Assembly (NCBI GenBank): GCA_016178045.1
Contig: JACOUE010000006.1
Coordinates: 1,067-65,066 of the forward strand
DNA length: 64,000 nt
From: Chloroflexota bacterium
GTDB taxonomy: Bacteria > Chloroflexota > Dehalococcoidia > SM23-28-2 > JACOUE01
Direction of reading: 5' to 3'
The translations under genes and the position numbers were made by a program. The notes beneath the pieces were generated by a model, which worked only from the letters and a program-made list of their open reading frames with translations, was not told the origin of the DNA and did not search any database. Position 1 is the first letter of the stretch. Each line of letters opens with the position of its first letter. Positions 10,479 through 20,525 of the stretch are shown piece by piece.

Positions 10479-10963
10479 GCGAGCCCGTCACCAGCATTCG
10501 GAGGCCCGTAAGGCTGGAGTACGACTTTACGGCCGGCCGGGCCATGTCGCGCTTCCTCCTGGGCCTGGCGGAAGGCCGCATCCTAGGCCAGGGCTGCCCT
10601 GAGTGCGCCAGAGTCTACCTGCCGCCGCGCGGCACCTGCCCCACCTGCGGCGTGCCCGCGGAGGAAGAGGTGGAGGTATCCCCCAGGGGCACCGTCACCA
10701 CTTTCTGCGTGGTCAACATCCCCTCGCAGGTACTGGTCGTACCCGTGCCCTACGTCTGTGCCAACATCCTCCTGGACGGGGCGGACGTCCCCATTTTCCA
10801 CCTCATCCAGGAGTGCCCCATCGAAGAGGTGCGGATGGGCCTGCGGGTCGAGGCGGTGTGGGTGCCGGCCGGCGAGCTCAAGGCCACCTTCGAGAGCATC
10901 CGCCACTTCCGCCCCAGCGATGAGCCCGACGCCGCTTACGACTCCTACAGGGAGCACCTCTGA
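10475..10963 (+). CDS. DUF35 Zn-ribbon/OB-fold protein
   Basis: 162 aa. CPEC...CPTC ribbon followed by an OB fold. 4-nt overlaps with both neighbours. Confidence 0.75.
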   Translation: MSEPVTSIRRPVRLEYDFTAGRAMSRFLLGLAEGRILGQGCPECARVYLPPRGTCPTCGVPAEEEVEVSPRGTVTTFCVVNIPSQVLVVPVPYVCANILLDGADVPIFHLIQECPIEEVRMGLRVEAVWVPAGELKATFESIRHFRPSDEPDAAYDSYREHL

Positions 10964-12018
10964 TGCGAGAGGTGGCGATCGTCTCGTTCGCCCAGGCGCC
11001 CAGCGTCCGCCGCGAGACCGAGCGGAACGAAGTGGAGATGCTGACGCCGGTGATCGCGGAGGCGATTGAGCGTTCCGCCATCTCGCGCAAGGAGATCGGC
11101 TTTACCATATCCGGCAGCTCCGACTACCTGGCCGGCCAGCCGTTCTCCTTCGTGACGGCCCTGGACGCCGTCGGGGCCTGGCCCCCCATCCGCGAGTCCC
11201 ATGTGGAGATGGACGGCGCCTGGGCCCTGTATGAGGCGTGGGTGCGCCTCCAGATCGGCGACGTGGACTCGGCGCTGGTGTACGCCTTCGGGAAGTCGTC
11301 CCCCGGCGACCTGGGCGAGGTACTCGCCCTTCAGCTGGACCCCTACTACCTGGCGCCCCTCTGGCCCGACCCTGTCAGCCTGGCTGCCCTCCAGGCGCGG
11401 GCCCTGCTGGAATCGACCGGCTACACGGAGCGGGACATGGCGGAGGTGGCGGCGCGCAGCCGCCGCGACGCACAAAGCAACCCGAATGCCCAGGTGGCCA
11501 GCGACTTCAGCGTCGACGACCTGCTGGCCGAGCCGTACCTGGTGTCCCCCCTGCGCAAGCACGACTGCCCGCCCGTCTCCGACAGCGCCGCCGCCGTGGT
11601 GCTGGCCGCCGGCGACCTGGCCCGCCGCGTCTGCGAGCGACCGGCCTGGGTCCGCGGCATCGACCACCGTATAGACCCTCACTACCCCGGCGTGCGTAAC
11701 CTTGCCGAAAGCCCCTCCGCGGCCCTGGCTGCCCGGGAGGCCGGCGTCGGGGACGCGCCCGTCGACGTGGCCGAGGTCCACGCCCCCTTTAGCCACCAGG
11801 AGCTCATCCTCCGCGACGCCCTCGGCCTGGACGGCCGTACGGCCATCAACCCCTCCGGCGGCGCGCTGGCCGCCAACCCGGTGATGGCCGCGGGCCTCAT
11901 CCGCATCGGGGAGGCGGCCCGCCGGATTATGGAGGGCAACGCCCGCCGGGCGGTGGCCCACGCCACCTCCGGCCCCTGCCTCCAGCAGAACCTGGTGTGC
12001 GTCCTGGAGGGCGACTGA
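10963..12018 (+). CDS. Thiolase-like (SCP-x/Ltp-type) protein
   Basis: 351 aa. MREVAIVSFAQAPSVRRE... and the C-terminal NPSGGALAANP motif are typical of Ltp-type thiolase-like proteins. Confidence 0.7.
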   Translation: MREVAIVSFAQAPSVRRETERNEVEMLTPVIAEAIERSAISRKEIGFTISGSSDYLAGQPFSFVTALDAVGAWPPIRESHVEMDGAWALYEAWVRLQIGDVDSALVYAFGKSSPGDLGEVLALQLDPYYLAPLWPDPVSLAALQARALLESTGYTERDMAEVAARSRRDAQSNPNAQVASDFSVDDLLAEPYLVSPLRKHDCPPVSDSAAAVVLAAGDLARRVCERPAWVRGIDHRIDPHYPGVRNLAESPSAALAAREAGVGDAPVDVAEVHAPFSHQELILRDALGLDGRTAINPSGGALAANPVMAAGLIRIGEAARRIMEGNARRAVAHATSGPCLQQNLVCVLEGD

Positions 12019-13175
12019 TGGCGGAGCGCTGCGCCGTGATCGGGGTGGGCCAGACGAAGCACGCGGCGAAGCGCGGCGACGTCTCCATGCCCGGCCTCGT
12101 CCGCGAGGCGGCCGCGCGGGCCCTGGAGGACGCCGGGCTGACCTGGCGCGGCATCGACGCTGTCGTGATCGGCAAGGCGCCGGACATGTTCGAGGGCGTG
12201 ATGATGCCCGAGCTTTTCCTGGCCGACGCCCTGGGGGCGGTGGGCAAGCCCATCATGCGGGTCCACACGGCGGGGAGCGTCGGCGGCTCCACGGCCCTCG
12301 TCGCGGCGTACCTGGTGCAGGCCGGCGTCCACGAGCGCGTCCTCACCGTCGCCTTCGAGAAGCAGTCGGAGAGCAACGCCATGTGGGCGCTGACCATAAG
12401 CGTCCCCTTCCAGCCGCCGGTTGTGGCTGGCGCGGGCGGCTACTTCGCCCCCCACATCCGCGCCTACATCCGGCGCTCGGAGGCGCCGGCTCACGTCGGC
12501 ATGCTGGTGGCGGTCAAGGACCGGCTGAACGCCCTGCGCAACCCATACGCCCACCTGCGCCTGCCCGACATCTCGCTGGAACAGGTGGCCGCCTCGCCGA
12601 TGCTGTGGGACCCCATCCGCTACCTGGAAGCGTGCCCGTCGTCCGACGGCGCCTGCGCCATGGTCCTCACGAACGGGGACGGCGCGAAGCGGTCGCCCGG
12701 GGCGCCGGCCTGGGTGTGGGGTACTGCCATGCGCAGCGAGCCGGTGATAGCCTATGGGCGCGACCAGGTGAACCCCCGCGCCGGCCGCGAGTGCGCGGCC
12801 GACCTCTACGGGCAGGCGGGCATCACCAACCCCCGGCGGGAGATCGACGTGGCCGCGCTCTACGTCCCCTTCAGCTGGTACGCGCCGATGTGGCTGGAGA
12901 ACCTGGGCTTCGCCGAGGAGGGCCGGGGGTGGAAGCTGGTGGAGGACGGGGTGACCGCCATCGACGGTGACCTGCCGGTGAACCCCTCCGGCGGAGTGCT
13001 GTCCTCCAACCCCATCGGCGCCTCCGGTATGCTCCGCTTCGCCGAGGCGGCGCTCCAGGTGCAGGGCCGGGCGGGCGAGCACCAGGTCGACGGCGCCCGC
13101 GTCGCCCTTGGTCACGCCTACGGCGGCGGCTCCCAGTTTTTCGCTATGTGGATCGTCGGTAGCGAGAAGCCGTGA
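12018..13175 (+). CDS. Thiolase-like (SCP-x/Ltp-type) protein
   Basis: Start moved 7 codons to MAERCAVIGVGQTKH, giving an ATGA-type overlap with the previous stop. Has NPSGGVLSSNPIGASG near the C-terminus. Confidence 0.75.
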   Translation: MAERCAVIGVGQTKHAAKRGDVSMPGLVREAAARALEDAGLTWRGIDAVVIGKAPDMFEGVMMPELFLADALGAVGKPIMRVHTAGSVGGSTALVAAYLVQAGVHERVLTVAFEKQSESNAMWALTISVPFQPPVVAGAGGYFAPHIRAYIRRSEAPAHVGMLVAVKDRLNALRNPYAHLRLPDISLEQVAASPMLWDPIRYLEACPSSDGACAMVLTNGDGAKRSPGAPAWVWGTAMRSEPVIAYGRDQVNPRAGRECAADLYGQAGITNPRREIDVAALYVPFSWYAPMWLENLGFAEEGRGWKLVEDGVTAIDGDLPVNPSGGVLSSNPIGASGMLRFAEAALQVQGRAGEHQVDGARVALGHAYGGGSQFFAMWIVGSEKP

Positions 13176-13186
13176 AGGAGGGACGT

Positions 13187-14800
13187 ATGGAGTTCAACCT
13201 TGCGGACCTGTTCGAAGGCGTGGCCGACGCCGTCCCCGACCGGGAGGCCCTCATCTGCGGCGAGCGTCGGCTCACCTACGCCCGGCTGGACGAACGGGCC
13301 ACCCGGCTCGCGCACTACCTCGCGCTCCGCGGCGTGGGCCCCGGCGACCACATCGGCCTGTACCTGTACAACTGCGCCGAGTACATCGAAGGCTCCCTCG
13401 CCGCCTACAAGCTGAGGGCCGTGCCGGTCAACATTAACTATCGCTACGTGGAGGAGGAGCTGCGCTACCTCTTCGACAACGCCGACCTAGTCGCCCTCAT
13501 CCACCACCGCGGGTTCTCCCCGCGCATCGCCGCAGTCGCCCCAGACGTCCCCTCCCTCCGCACCTTCGTCGTCGTCGATGACGACAGCGGCGCCGACTGC
13601 TCACCCCTCGGCTCCATGGAGTACGAAGAGGCGCTGGCCTCCGGCTCCCCGGAGCGGGACTTCGGGCCGCGGTCGCCCGACGACCTGTACATCCTCTACA
13701 CCGGCGGCACCACCGGCATGCCCAAGGGGGTGATGTGGCGGCAGGAGGACCTCTTCTTCTCCGCCCTGCTGGGCGGCAACCCCTACGGCCCGCAGCCGGA
13801 GCGCCCGGAGGATGTGGTGGAGAACGCCCGCCGCAGCGGCCCCGTCACCATGCTGCCGGCCGCCCCCCTGATGCACGGCGCCGCCCAGTGGGCCGCTTTC
13901 ATCGGCCTGTACAGCGGCGGCAAGATCGTCCTCGCCCCGGGCCGCCGCTTCGACGCCCACCGCATCTGGAGGCTGGTGCAGGACGAGAAGGTGAACTCCG
14001 TCGCCATCGTCGGCGACGCCATGGCCCGCCCCCTGGCAGAGGCCCTGGCGGAGCCGGGCGCCTCCTACGACACGTCGTCGCTGCGAGTCATCGGCTCCGG
14101 CGGGGCGATGTTCACGGAGGCGGTGAAGGAGCAGCTCAGGGCCAGGCTGCCCGCCGTCGTCCTCTTGGACAACTTCGGCGGCTCCGAGGGAGGCCACCAG
14201 GGCACCGGCGTCGGCTTCGGCGCGGCCGGCCCCCGCTTTCGCGCCAACGATGTCACGGCTGTCCTGGACGATGACCTCAAGCCGCTCGAGCCCGGCTCCG
14301 GCAGGGTGGGCTGGCTGGCCCGGCGCGGTCGCATCCCCCTGGGTTACTACAAGGACGAAGCGAAGACCGCCGCTACCTTCGTGGAGGTGGACGGCGTCCG
14401 CTGGGCCCTCCCCGGCGACATGGCGATGGTAGAGGCCGACGGCACCATCACGCTCCTGGGCCGCGGCTCGCAGTGCATCAACAGCGGCGGCGAGAAGATA
14501 TTCCCCGAGGAGGTGGAGGCGGCCCTGAAGTCGCACCCGGCCGTGTTCGACGCCGTCGTGGTCGGCGTGCCGGACACGCGCTGGGGAGAGCGCGTGGCGG
14601 CGGTGGTTCAGCCCCGGTCTGGGCACATGGCCACTCTGCAGGAGCTGGACGCTCACTGCCGCACCAAGGTTGCCGGATACAAGGTGCCGCGGGAGTTGCA
14701 CGTCGTGGCCGAGCTGGTGCGGCAGCCCAGTGGCAAGCCGGACTACCGCTGGGCCAGGTCGGTGGCGGCCGGCTCCGTCGGCAACGGGGGAGGCGAGTAG
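13187..14800 (+). CDS. AMP-dependent acyl-CoA synthetase/ligase
   Basis: Start moved to the ATG after AAGGAGGG ([13 protein letters not shown]). Has the AMP-binding motif [12 protein letters not shown] and the C-terminal KVPRE...GKPDYR. Confidence 0.85.
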   Translation: MEFNLADLFEGVADAVPDREALICGERRLTYARLDERATRLAHYLALRGVGPGDHIGLYLYNCAEYIEGSLAAYKLRAVPVNINYRYVEEELRYLFDNADLVALIHHRGFSPRIAAVAPDVPSLRTFVVVDDDSGADCSPLGSMEYEEALASGSPERDFGPRSPDDLYILYTGGTTGMPKGVMWRQEDLFFSALLGGNPYGPQPERPEDVVENARRSGPVTMLPAAPLMHGAAQWAAFIGLYSGGKIVLAPGRRFDAHRIWRLVQDEKVNSVAIVGDAMARPLAEALAEPGASYDTSSLRVIGSGGAMFTEAVKEQLRARLPAVVLLDNFGGSEGGHQGTGVGFGAAGPRFRANDVTAVLDDDLKPLEPGSGRVGWLARRGRIPLGYYKDEAKTAATFVEVDGVRWALPGDMAMVEADGTITLLGRGSQCINSGGEKIFPEEVEAALKSHPAVFDAVVVGVPDTRWGERVAAVVQPRSGHMATLQELDAHCRTKVAGYKVPRELHVVAELVRQPSGKPDYRWARSVAAGSVGNGGGE

Positions 14801-15612
14801 TGGCGGCGAAGGAAGCCCTCCTGGTCGAGCGGGACGGTCACATCGTGACTCTGACGATGAACCGGCCGGAGGTCAAGAACGCCCTGAACCCGGAGATGCT
14901 CTGCCGCCTGGCCGACGCCTGGGACGCCGTCGACGGCGACGACGAGGTCCGCGTGGCGATCCTGACCGGCGCAGCCGACGCCTTCTGCGCCGGCGCCGAC
15001 CTCGACCAGCTGGTTGGGCGCTCGCTCAAGGGCCTGCCGCCGGAGGACGACTTCGAGAAGCGCTGCCGCGACGACCCGGCCGTCATCTTCAAGGGGCTGC
15101 TCCGCAACTACCGCCTGGCGAAGCCACTCGTCGCCGCCGTCGAGGGCCCGTGCATCGCCGGCGGCACGGAGATCCTCCAGGCCGCCGACATCAGGGTGGC
15201 CGGCGAGGGCGCTACCTTCGGGATCTCTGAGGTGCGCTGGGGCCTCTTCCCCATGGGCGGCTCTACCGTGCGGCTCCGGCGGCAGATACCTTACACCATG
15301 GCGATGGAGATACTGCTGACGGGCGACCACATCAGCGCCGCCGAAGCGCAGCGCATCGGCCTGATAGGGCGGGTGGTGCCGAACGGCGGGGCGCTTGCGG
15401 AGGCCCGCCGCATCGCCGAGCGCATCGCCGCCAACGGCCCCCTGGCCGTGCGGAAGGTGAAGCAGGCCGTACAGGAGACGGAGGGCCTGCCCGAGAAGGA
15501 GGCGCTCGAGGTCGAGTTCAGGATCGGGTCGCAAGTCTTCGCCAGTGAGGACGCCCGCGAGGGGCCGCGCGCCTTCAAGGAGAAGCGGGCGCCTCAGTTC
15601 AAGGGACGGTAG
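14800..15612 (+). CDS. Enoyl-CoA hydratase/isomerase (crotonase)
   Basis: GTG at residue 110 of track ORF 14473..15612, overlapping the ligase stop (TAGTG). [29 protein letters not shown] and FCAGADL are crotonase signatures. Confidence 0.85.
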   Translation: MAAKEALLVERDGHIVTLTMNRPEVKNALNPEMLCRLADAWDAVDGDDEVRVAILTGAADAFCAGADLDQLVGRSLKGLPPEDDFEKRCRDDPAVIFKGLLRNYRLAKPLVAAVEGPCIAGGTEILQAADIRVAGEGATFGISEVRWGLFPMGGSTVRLRRQIPYTMAMEILLTGDHISAAEAQRIGLIGRVVPNGGALAEARRIAERIAANGPLAVRKVKQAVQETEGLPEKEALEVEFRIGSQVFASEDAREGPRAFKEKRAPQFKGR

Positions 15613-15624
15613 AGGGAGGCACAG

Positions 15625-16821
15625 GTGGGACTGGACTTCACGCTCGCGGAAGAGCACGGGATGGTAAGGAACGCCGTTAGGGGTATGCTGGAGAAGTACG
15701 CGCCGCGGCAGCAAGAGCTCAGGGACATGGCCCGCAAAGAGAGGAAGTTCCCGGAGGAGCTGTGGCAGGACTACGCGAAGGTGGGCCTGACAGGCTGCCT
15801 GGTGCCGGAGGAGTACGGCGGCAACAACATGGGCCTGCTGGCCCTCACCCTCGGATTCGAGGAGATAACCGCCGGTGGCTTCTCCCCGGGACTGCTGCTG
15901 GTGACGGCGATGGACTCGGCCTGCATCCTCAAGAACGGCTCGGAGGAGCAGAAGCGGCGCTTTCTCCCCAAGGTGGCCGACGGCTCCTGGAAGCTGTGCT
16001 TCGCCGTCACCGAGCCGGACGCGGGCACCAACACCTTCCGCATGAAGACGGCGGCCCGCCGCAACGGCGATGTCTACCTCATAAGCGGCCAGAAGATGTT
16101 CATCACCGGCGTGGACGTGGCCGACTATATGCTGCTGGTCGCGCGCACCACTACGCTGGAGGAGGCGCAGCAGCAGGGCAAGCCGAAGTCGTACGGGCTG
16201 TCGCTGTTCCTGGTGGATACGAAGTCCAAGGGCATCGAGAAGCAGCCCATCCCCGTCCTGGCCTCGGAGGGGCTGACCCAGTTCCAGCTTTTCCTGGACA
16301 ACGTGGAGGTCCCCGCCGAGAACCTGGTGGGCGAGGAGAACAACGGCACCTTCGCCATGTTCAACTCCCTGAACCCGGAGCGGATCCTTACCGCGGGAAT
16401 ATGCCTGGGGATGGTCCAGTCCGCGTTGAAGAAAGCGGTGGACTACGCGCGGGAGCGCAAGGTGTTCAAGGAGACGCCCATCGGGGCGTACCAGGCCATC
16501 GCCCACCCCCTGGCCGAGGTAAAGATACAGGAGGAGGCCGTCCGCCTTATCACCTACAAGGCGGCCTGGGCCTTTGACCAGGGGCTTAACCCGGCGGAGG
16601 TGGGCACCTACGCCAACATGGCGAAGTTCCTGGCCGCCGACCTCGCGATAAAGGCCGTCGATCACGCCATCGAGACCCACGGCGGCCTGGGCTTCGCCGA
16701 GGAGACGGGCCTGCTCTACCAGTGGATCGGGGCGCGTCTGCTGAAGACGGCGCCCGTCAGCCGCGAGATGATCCTCAACTACGTGGCGGAATGGAACCTG
16801 GGTCTACCGCGGTCATACTGA
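15625..16821 (+). CDS. Acyl-CoA dehydrogenase
   Basis: 398 aa with GAGGGAGG SD. Has CFAVTEPDAGTNT and ISGQKMFITG motifs. Confidence 0.85.
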   Translation: MGLDFTLAEEHGMVRNAVRGMLEKYAPRQQELRDMARKERKFPEELWQDYAKVGLTGCLVPEEYGGNNMGLLALTLGFEEITAGGFSPGLLLVTAMDSACILKNGSEEQKRRFLPKVADGSWKLCFAVTEPDAGTNTFRMKTAARRNGDVYLISGQKMFITGVDVADYMLLVARTTTLEEAQQQGKPKSYGLSLFLVDTKSKGIEKQPIPVLASEGLTQFQLFLDNVEVPAENLVGEENNGTFAMFNSLNPERILTAGICLGMVQSALKKAVDYARERKVFKETPIGAYQAIAHPLAEVKIQEEAVRLITYKAAWAFDQGLNPAEVGTYANMAKFLAADLAIKAVDHAIETHGGLGFAEETGLLYQWIGARLLKTAPVSREMILNYVAEWNLGLPRSY

Positions 16822-16841
16822 GGAAGAAGGAGGGATTAAGG

Positions 16842-17483
16842 GTGGCTAGGCAAGCCCGGGCCCAGATCGATGAGCTTCGCCCCACCCGCGACGTCATCCT
16901 TGACGCCGCCGAGCGCCTCTTCGCCGAGCGAGGGTACGCCGGTGTCTCCATGCGGGACATCACCGCCGAGACGGGGCTGAAGAACCAGGCCAGCCTTTAC
17001 CACCACTTCCGCAACAAAAGGGCGCTCTACCAGGCCGTCCTCGCCCGTGGGGTATCGCAGATCACAACGCTGATGCCGGAGCCCGCGCGCTCGATGGAGA
17101 TCGATAACAACATCGACCGTCTGCTGGACTATTTGGGGCAGCACCCGCACTTGGCCCGCCTCATCCAGCGGGCCGCCCTCGACGACAGCCGCTACCTGGG
17201 GAGTACGGTGCGGAAGGTGCTCAACCCCATCTACGCCCAGGGACGGCAGGCCCTCTCCGGCGCCGACGCGGTGTGGGAGCGGGACGAGATTCCCCACCTT
17301 GCCGCCGGCCTCTATCATCTTATCTTCAGCTACTTCGCCAACGCGGAGCTGCTGGCCGTGTTCATCGACGACCCCCTGGGGCCCGCGGCGGTAGAGCGCC
17401 AGCGCCGGTTCCTCAAGGCGGCGGTGGCGCTGCTCCTCGGCGTGCAGGCCTCGGCGCCGGCAAGACAGGCAGAGCGCGTATAG
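16842..17483 (+). CDS. TetR/AcrR family transcriptional regulator
   Basis: GTG at residue 41 of track ORF 16722..17483, after AGGAAGAAGGAGGGA. HTH region ILDAAERLFAERGYAGVSMRDITAETGLKNQASLYHHF. Confidence 0.8.
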   Translation: MARQARAQIDELRPTRDVILDAAERLFAERGYAGVSMRDITAETGLKNQASLYHHFRNKRALYQAVLARGVSQITTLMPEPARSMEIDNNIDRLLDYLGQHPHLARLIQRAALDDSRYLGSTVRKVLNPIYAQGRQALSGADAVWERDEIPHLAAGLYHLIFSYFANAELLAVFIDDPLGPAAVERQRRFLKAAVALLLGVQASAPARQAERV

Positions 17484-17499
17484 CAAGGAGGATGCGCAA

Positions 17500-18765
17500 A
17501 TGACGGCTCGATCGGGCGCGGGCGCGGCCATCACTCTGGCCGATGTCGACCTGTTCAACCCCGACACGTACGTCGAGGGCGTTCCTCACCACATGTTCAA
17601 GCTCCTGCGGGCAGAAGCGCCCGTCTTCTGGCAGCGACAGCCCGACGGCTCGGGGTTCTGGGCCCTGACGAAGTACGACGACGTGGTTACCGTATCCCTG
17701 GACCCGGCGACGTTCTCCTCCGGGAAGCGGGGCTCCCTCCTGCACGACCCGCCCGAGGAGGCCCTCCCCGTCATGCGATCGCTCCTGATCAACCAGGACC
17801 CGCCCGTCCACACCAAGTACCGCCGGCTGGTCGGCAAGGCGTTCACCCCCAAGGTGATCCGGCAGATGGAAGCCCATATCCGCAAGGTCACCAGCGAGAT
17901 CATCGACCGCGTGGCCCCCCTGGGCGAGTGCGACTTCGTGACGGACGTGGCGGCGGAGCTCCCCCTCCAGGTCATCGTCGAGCTGATGGGGGTGCCGCTG
18001 GAGGACCGGCAGATGGTCTTCAACTGGAGCAACCGGATGATCGGGGCGGAGGACCCGGAGTACGCCGGCTCCATCGCCATGGAGGACGCCCGGCAGGCCT
18101 CCCTGGAGCTGTACATGTACGCCAACCGACTGGCCGTTGAGCGAAAGAACAACCCCCGCGGCGACATCGTCAGTTCCCTGCTGCAGGCCGATGTCGACGG
18201 TGAGGCGCTGGCGGAGCCGGAGTTCGACGCCTTCTTCCTGCTGCTGGCCGTGGCCGGCAACGAGACGACCCGCAACACTATCTCAGGTGGTATGCTCGCC
18301 CTGATCGAGCACCGCGACCAGGCGGAGCGGCTCCGGCGCGACCGGTCGCTCATGCCCACCGCCGTCGACGAAATGCTGCGCTGGGTCTCGCCGGTGATGC
18401 AGTTCCGGCGCACCGCCACTCGCGACACGGAGATCCGCGGCCAGAAGGTCCGCGAAGAGGACAGGGTGGTCATCTACTACGCCTCCGCCAACCGCGACGA
18501 GGAGGTCTTCCCGGACGCGGACGTGTTCGACGTCAGCCGCGCACCCAACGACCACGTCGCCTTCGGGCCGGGCGGGCCCCACTTCTGCCTGGGGGCGAAC
18601 CTGGCCCGCCTCGAGATCCGCGTGATTTTCGAGGAACTCCTGCACCGCCTGCCTGACATCGGGCTGGCGGGGCCTATCGAGCGGTTGCGCTCCAATTTCA
18701 TCAGCGGGATCAAGCACATGCCCGTGCGCTTCGCGCCGCCGAAGGAGCCCCACCGTGGGCGGTAG
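17500..18765 (+). CDS. Cytochrome P450 monooxygenase
   Basis: 421 aa with AAGGAGG SD. Has the heme-binding loop FGPGGPHFCLGANLA, the ExxR motif (EMLRW) and the I-helix AGNETT. Confidence 0.9.
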   Translation: MTARSGAGAAITLADVDLFNPDTYVEGVPHHMFKLLRAEAPVFWQRQPDGSGFWALTKYDDVVTVSLDPATFSSGKRGSLLHDPPEEALPVMRSLLINQDPPVHTKYRRLVGKAFTPKVIRQMEAHIRKVTSEIIDRVAPLGECDFVTDVAAELPLQVIVELMGVPLEDRQMVFNWSNRMIGAEDPEYAGSIAMEDARQASLELYMYANRLAVERKNNPRGDIVSSLLQADVDGEALAEPEFDAFFLLLAVAGNETTRNTISGGMLALIEHRDQAERLRRDRSLMPTAVDEMLRWVSPVMQFRRTATRDTEIRGQKVREEDRVVIYYASANRDEEVFPDADVFDVSRAPNDHVAFGPGGPHFCLGANLARLEIRVIFEELLHRLPDIGLAGPIERLRSNFISGIKHMPVRFAPPKEPHRGR

Positions 18766-18804
18766 GATGGTCGGCTCTATGAGTCTAGAAGGGTAGGGGC
18801 GCAA

Positions 18805-19737
18805 ATGCGTACCCGGATCTGCGAGACGCTGGGACTAGAGTTCCCCATCTTCGCCTTCAGCCATTGCCGCGACGTGGTGGCCGCGGTCAGCCGGGCGGGA
18901 GGCATGGGCGTCCTGGGGGCGCTCGCGTACACCCCAGCGCAGCTCGAGGTCGAGCTGCGCTGGATCGACGAGCACGTCGACGGCAAGCCTTACGGGGTGG
19001 ACGTCGTCATGCCGGCGTCGTACACAGCGAACGCGCTCGGCCCGCCGCCCAAGGACGTGATCGAGAAGGCGCATGCCAAGGGAGTGCCCGTGGCGGCCCT
19101 GGTCGGCACGGCCGACCAGGCGCGGGCCCAGGCGGAGGCCGGCGTGGACATCATCGTCGCCCAGGGGAGCGAGGCCGGTGGCCACACCGGCGAGATCAGT
19201 ACCCTGGTGCTGGTACCCGAAGTTGTGGAGGCGGTGCGGCCCGCCCCCGTCCTGGCCGCGGGCGGAATTGGTAGCGGTCGCCAGATGGCTGCAGCCCTGG
19301 CACTTGGGGCGGACGGCGTGTGGACGGGCTCCATCTGGCTAACCGTCAAGGAGAGCGACACCAACCCCGTCGTCGTCAATAAGCTCTTGAAGGCGTCCTC
19401 ACGCGACACGGTGCGTTCCCGTGCCCTGACCGGCAAGCCGGCCCGTCAGCTGCGGACGTCCTGGACCCAGGCGTGGGATTCGTCCGACTCGCCCGGGGCA
19501 TTGCCGATGCCGCTCCAGTTCCTGCTGACCGCCGAGGCGGTGCACCGGATCCATAGGTACGCCCACGTGGAGGACTCGCAGGCGAAGGAGCTGGTCGGTT
19601 CGCCGGTGGGGCAGATCGTGGGGAGGATGAACGCGGTCCGCCCCTCCCGCGAGGTGATATACGACATGGTGCAGGAGTTTGTCGACACGGTGAACCGCCT
19701 CACGGAGCTGCTCCGAGTAGCGGACGAAACCACCTGA
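18805..19737 (+). CDS. Nitronate monooxygenase/2-nitropropane dioxygenase-like FMN oxidoreductase (possibly shortened)
   Basis: 310 aa. Has FAFSHCRDVVAAVSRAGGMGVLGA and AQGSEAGGHTG motifs. The segment between GVDVVMP and NALGPPP looks unusually short (see findings). Confidence 0.7.
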   Translation: MRTRICETLGLEFPIFAFSHCRDVVAAVSRAGGMGVLGALAYTPAQLEVELRWIDEHVDGKPYGVDVVMPASYTANALGPPPKDVIEKAHAKGVPVAALVGTADQARAQAEAGVDIIVAQGSEAGGHTGEISTLVLVPEVVEAVRPAPVLAAGGIGSGRQMAAALALGADGVWTGSIWLTVKESDTNPVVVNKLLKASSRDTVRSRALTGKPARQLRTSWTQAWDSSDSPGALPMPLQFLLTAEAVHRIHRYAHVEDSQAKELVGSPVGQIVGRMNAVRPSREVIYDMVQEFVDTVNRLTELLRVADETT

Positions 19738-19765
19738 AGACACCCGCCGGATAGCCCTGCCGACT

Positions 19766-20449
19766 CTACTCGTCGGTAAGGGGCACCAGGCGCTTGGCCA
19801 GCGCGTACCGGACAAGCTCCGTCCGGCGCTCCAAGTTTAGCTTTCCCATGATGTGGCTGATGTGGGCCTTGACCGTCCCCTCCGAGAGGAACAGGTCGCG
19901 GGCGATCTCCTTGTTGGAGCGGCCCTGCGCCACGAGGCCCAGCACTTCGGTCTCCCGCTCCGATAGCTGGTCCATGCTGTCGGTGAGGCTGTAGCTGGCC
20001 CACTGGGTGAGTCGGGTGAGGATTCGCTTGATGACGTCCGTCTCGCAGACAAAGGCGCCGGTGGTGATGAGGCGCAGAGCCTGGACGATGCGGTCGATCG
20101 CCCCGTCCTTGAGAAGGAAGCCGACGGTGTTGAGCCGCATGAGGAGGGGAATGGATTCGAACGATATCGTCAGGGCCTCCTGGGGGCTGCCCAGGAAAAG
20201 CACTCGCAGCTCCGGGAGCCACTCCTTGAGACGGGAGTAGATCTCGTCGCCGGCGCCCCCGTTAAGGGACTGCACGTCTATGACCAGGACGTCGGCCCGC
20301 CGATAGCCCTCGCTCTGAGCCATCTCCAGGAGTGAGCCGGAGGCACCGGTAACCTCCATGCCCGGCGCAGTGGAAACGGTGTTGGCCAGCCCTACGCGCA
20401 GAGGCTCGAACGGAGCGACTATGTAGACCTTCGTCCTTGCATTAGCCAT
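19766..20449 (-). CDS. LuxR/NarL-family response regulator with an atypical receiver domain
   Basis: Start moved to MANARTKVYIV, after GAGGTGAGG. C-terminal HTH is LSERETEVLGLVAQGRSNKEIARDLFLSEGTVKAHISHIMGKL. The receiver has AP where the N-terminal acidic pair is expected. Confidence 0.8.
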   Translation of the reverse strand: MANARTKVYIVAPFEPLRVGLANTVSTAPGMEVTGASGSLLEMAQSEGYRRADVLVIDVQSLNGGAGDEIYSRLKEWLPELRVLFLGSPQEALTISFESIPLLMRLNTVGFLLKDGAIDRIVQALRLITTGAFVCETDVIKRILTRLTQWASYSLTDSMDQLSERETEVLGLVAQGRSNKEIARDLFLSEGTVKAHISHIMGKLNLERRTELVRYALAKRLVPLTDE

Positions 20450-20471
20450 TTTCCTCACCTCGATAGGCATA

Positions 20472-20499
20472 ATTTTACACCCTTCACAAAATTAGGCAA
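20472..20499 (-). promoter_or_regulatory. Candidate promoter for the response-regulator gene (TTGCCT-16-TAAAAT)
   Basis: Minus strand reads cgcTTGCCTaattttgtgaagggtgTAAAATtatgcc. The -10 element abuts the first ATG of the track ORF, which argues for the downstream ATG as the true start. Confidence 0.35.
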
Positions 20500-20525
20500 G
20501 CGCGCCCCGTTATCGCCTTCCGGGG

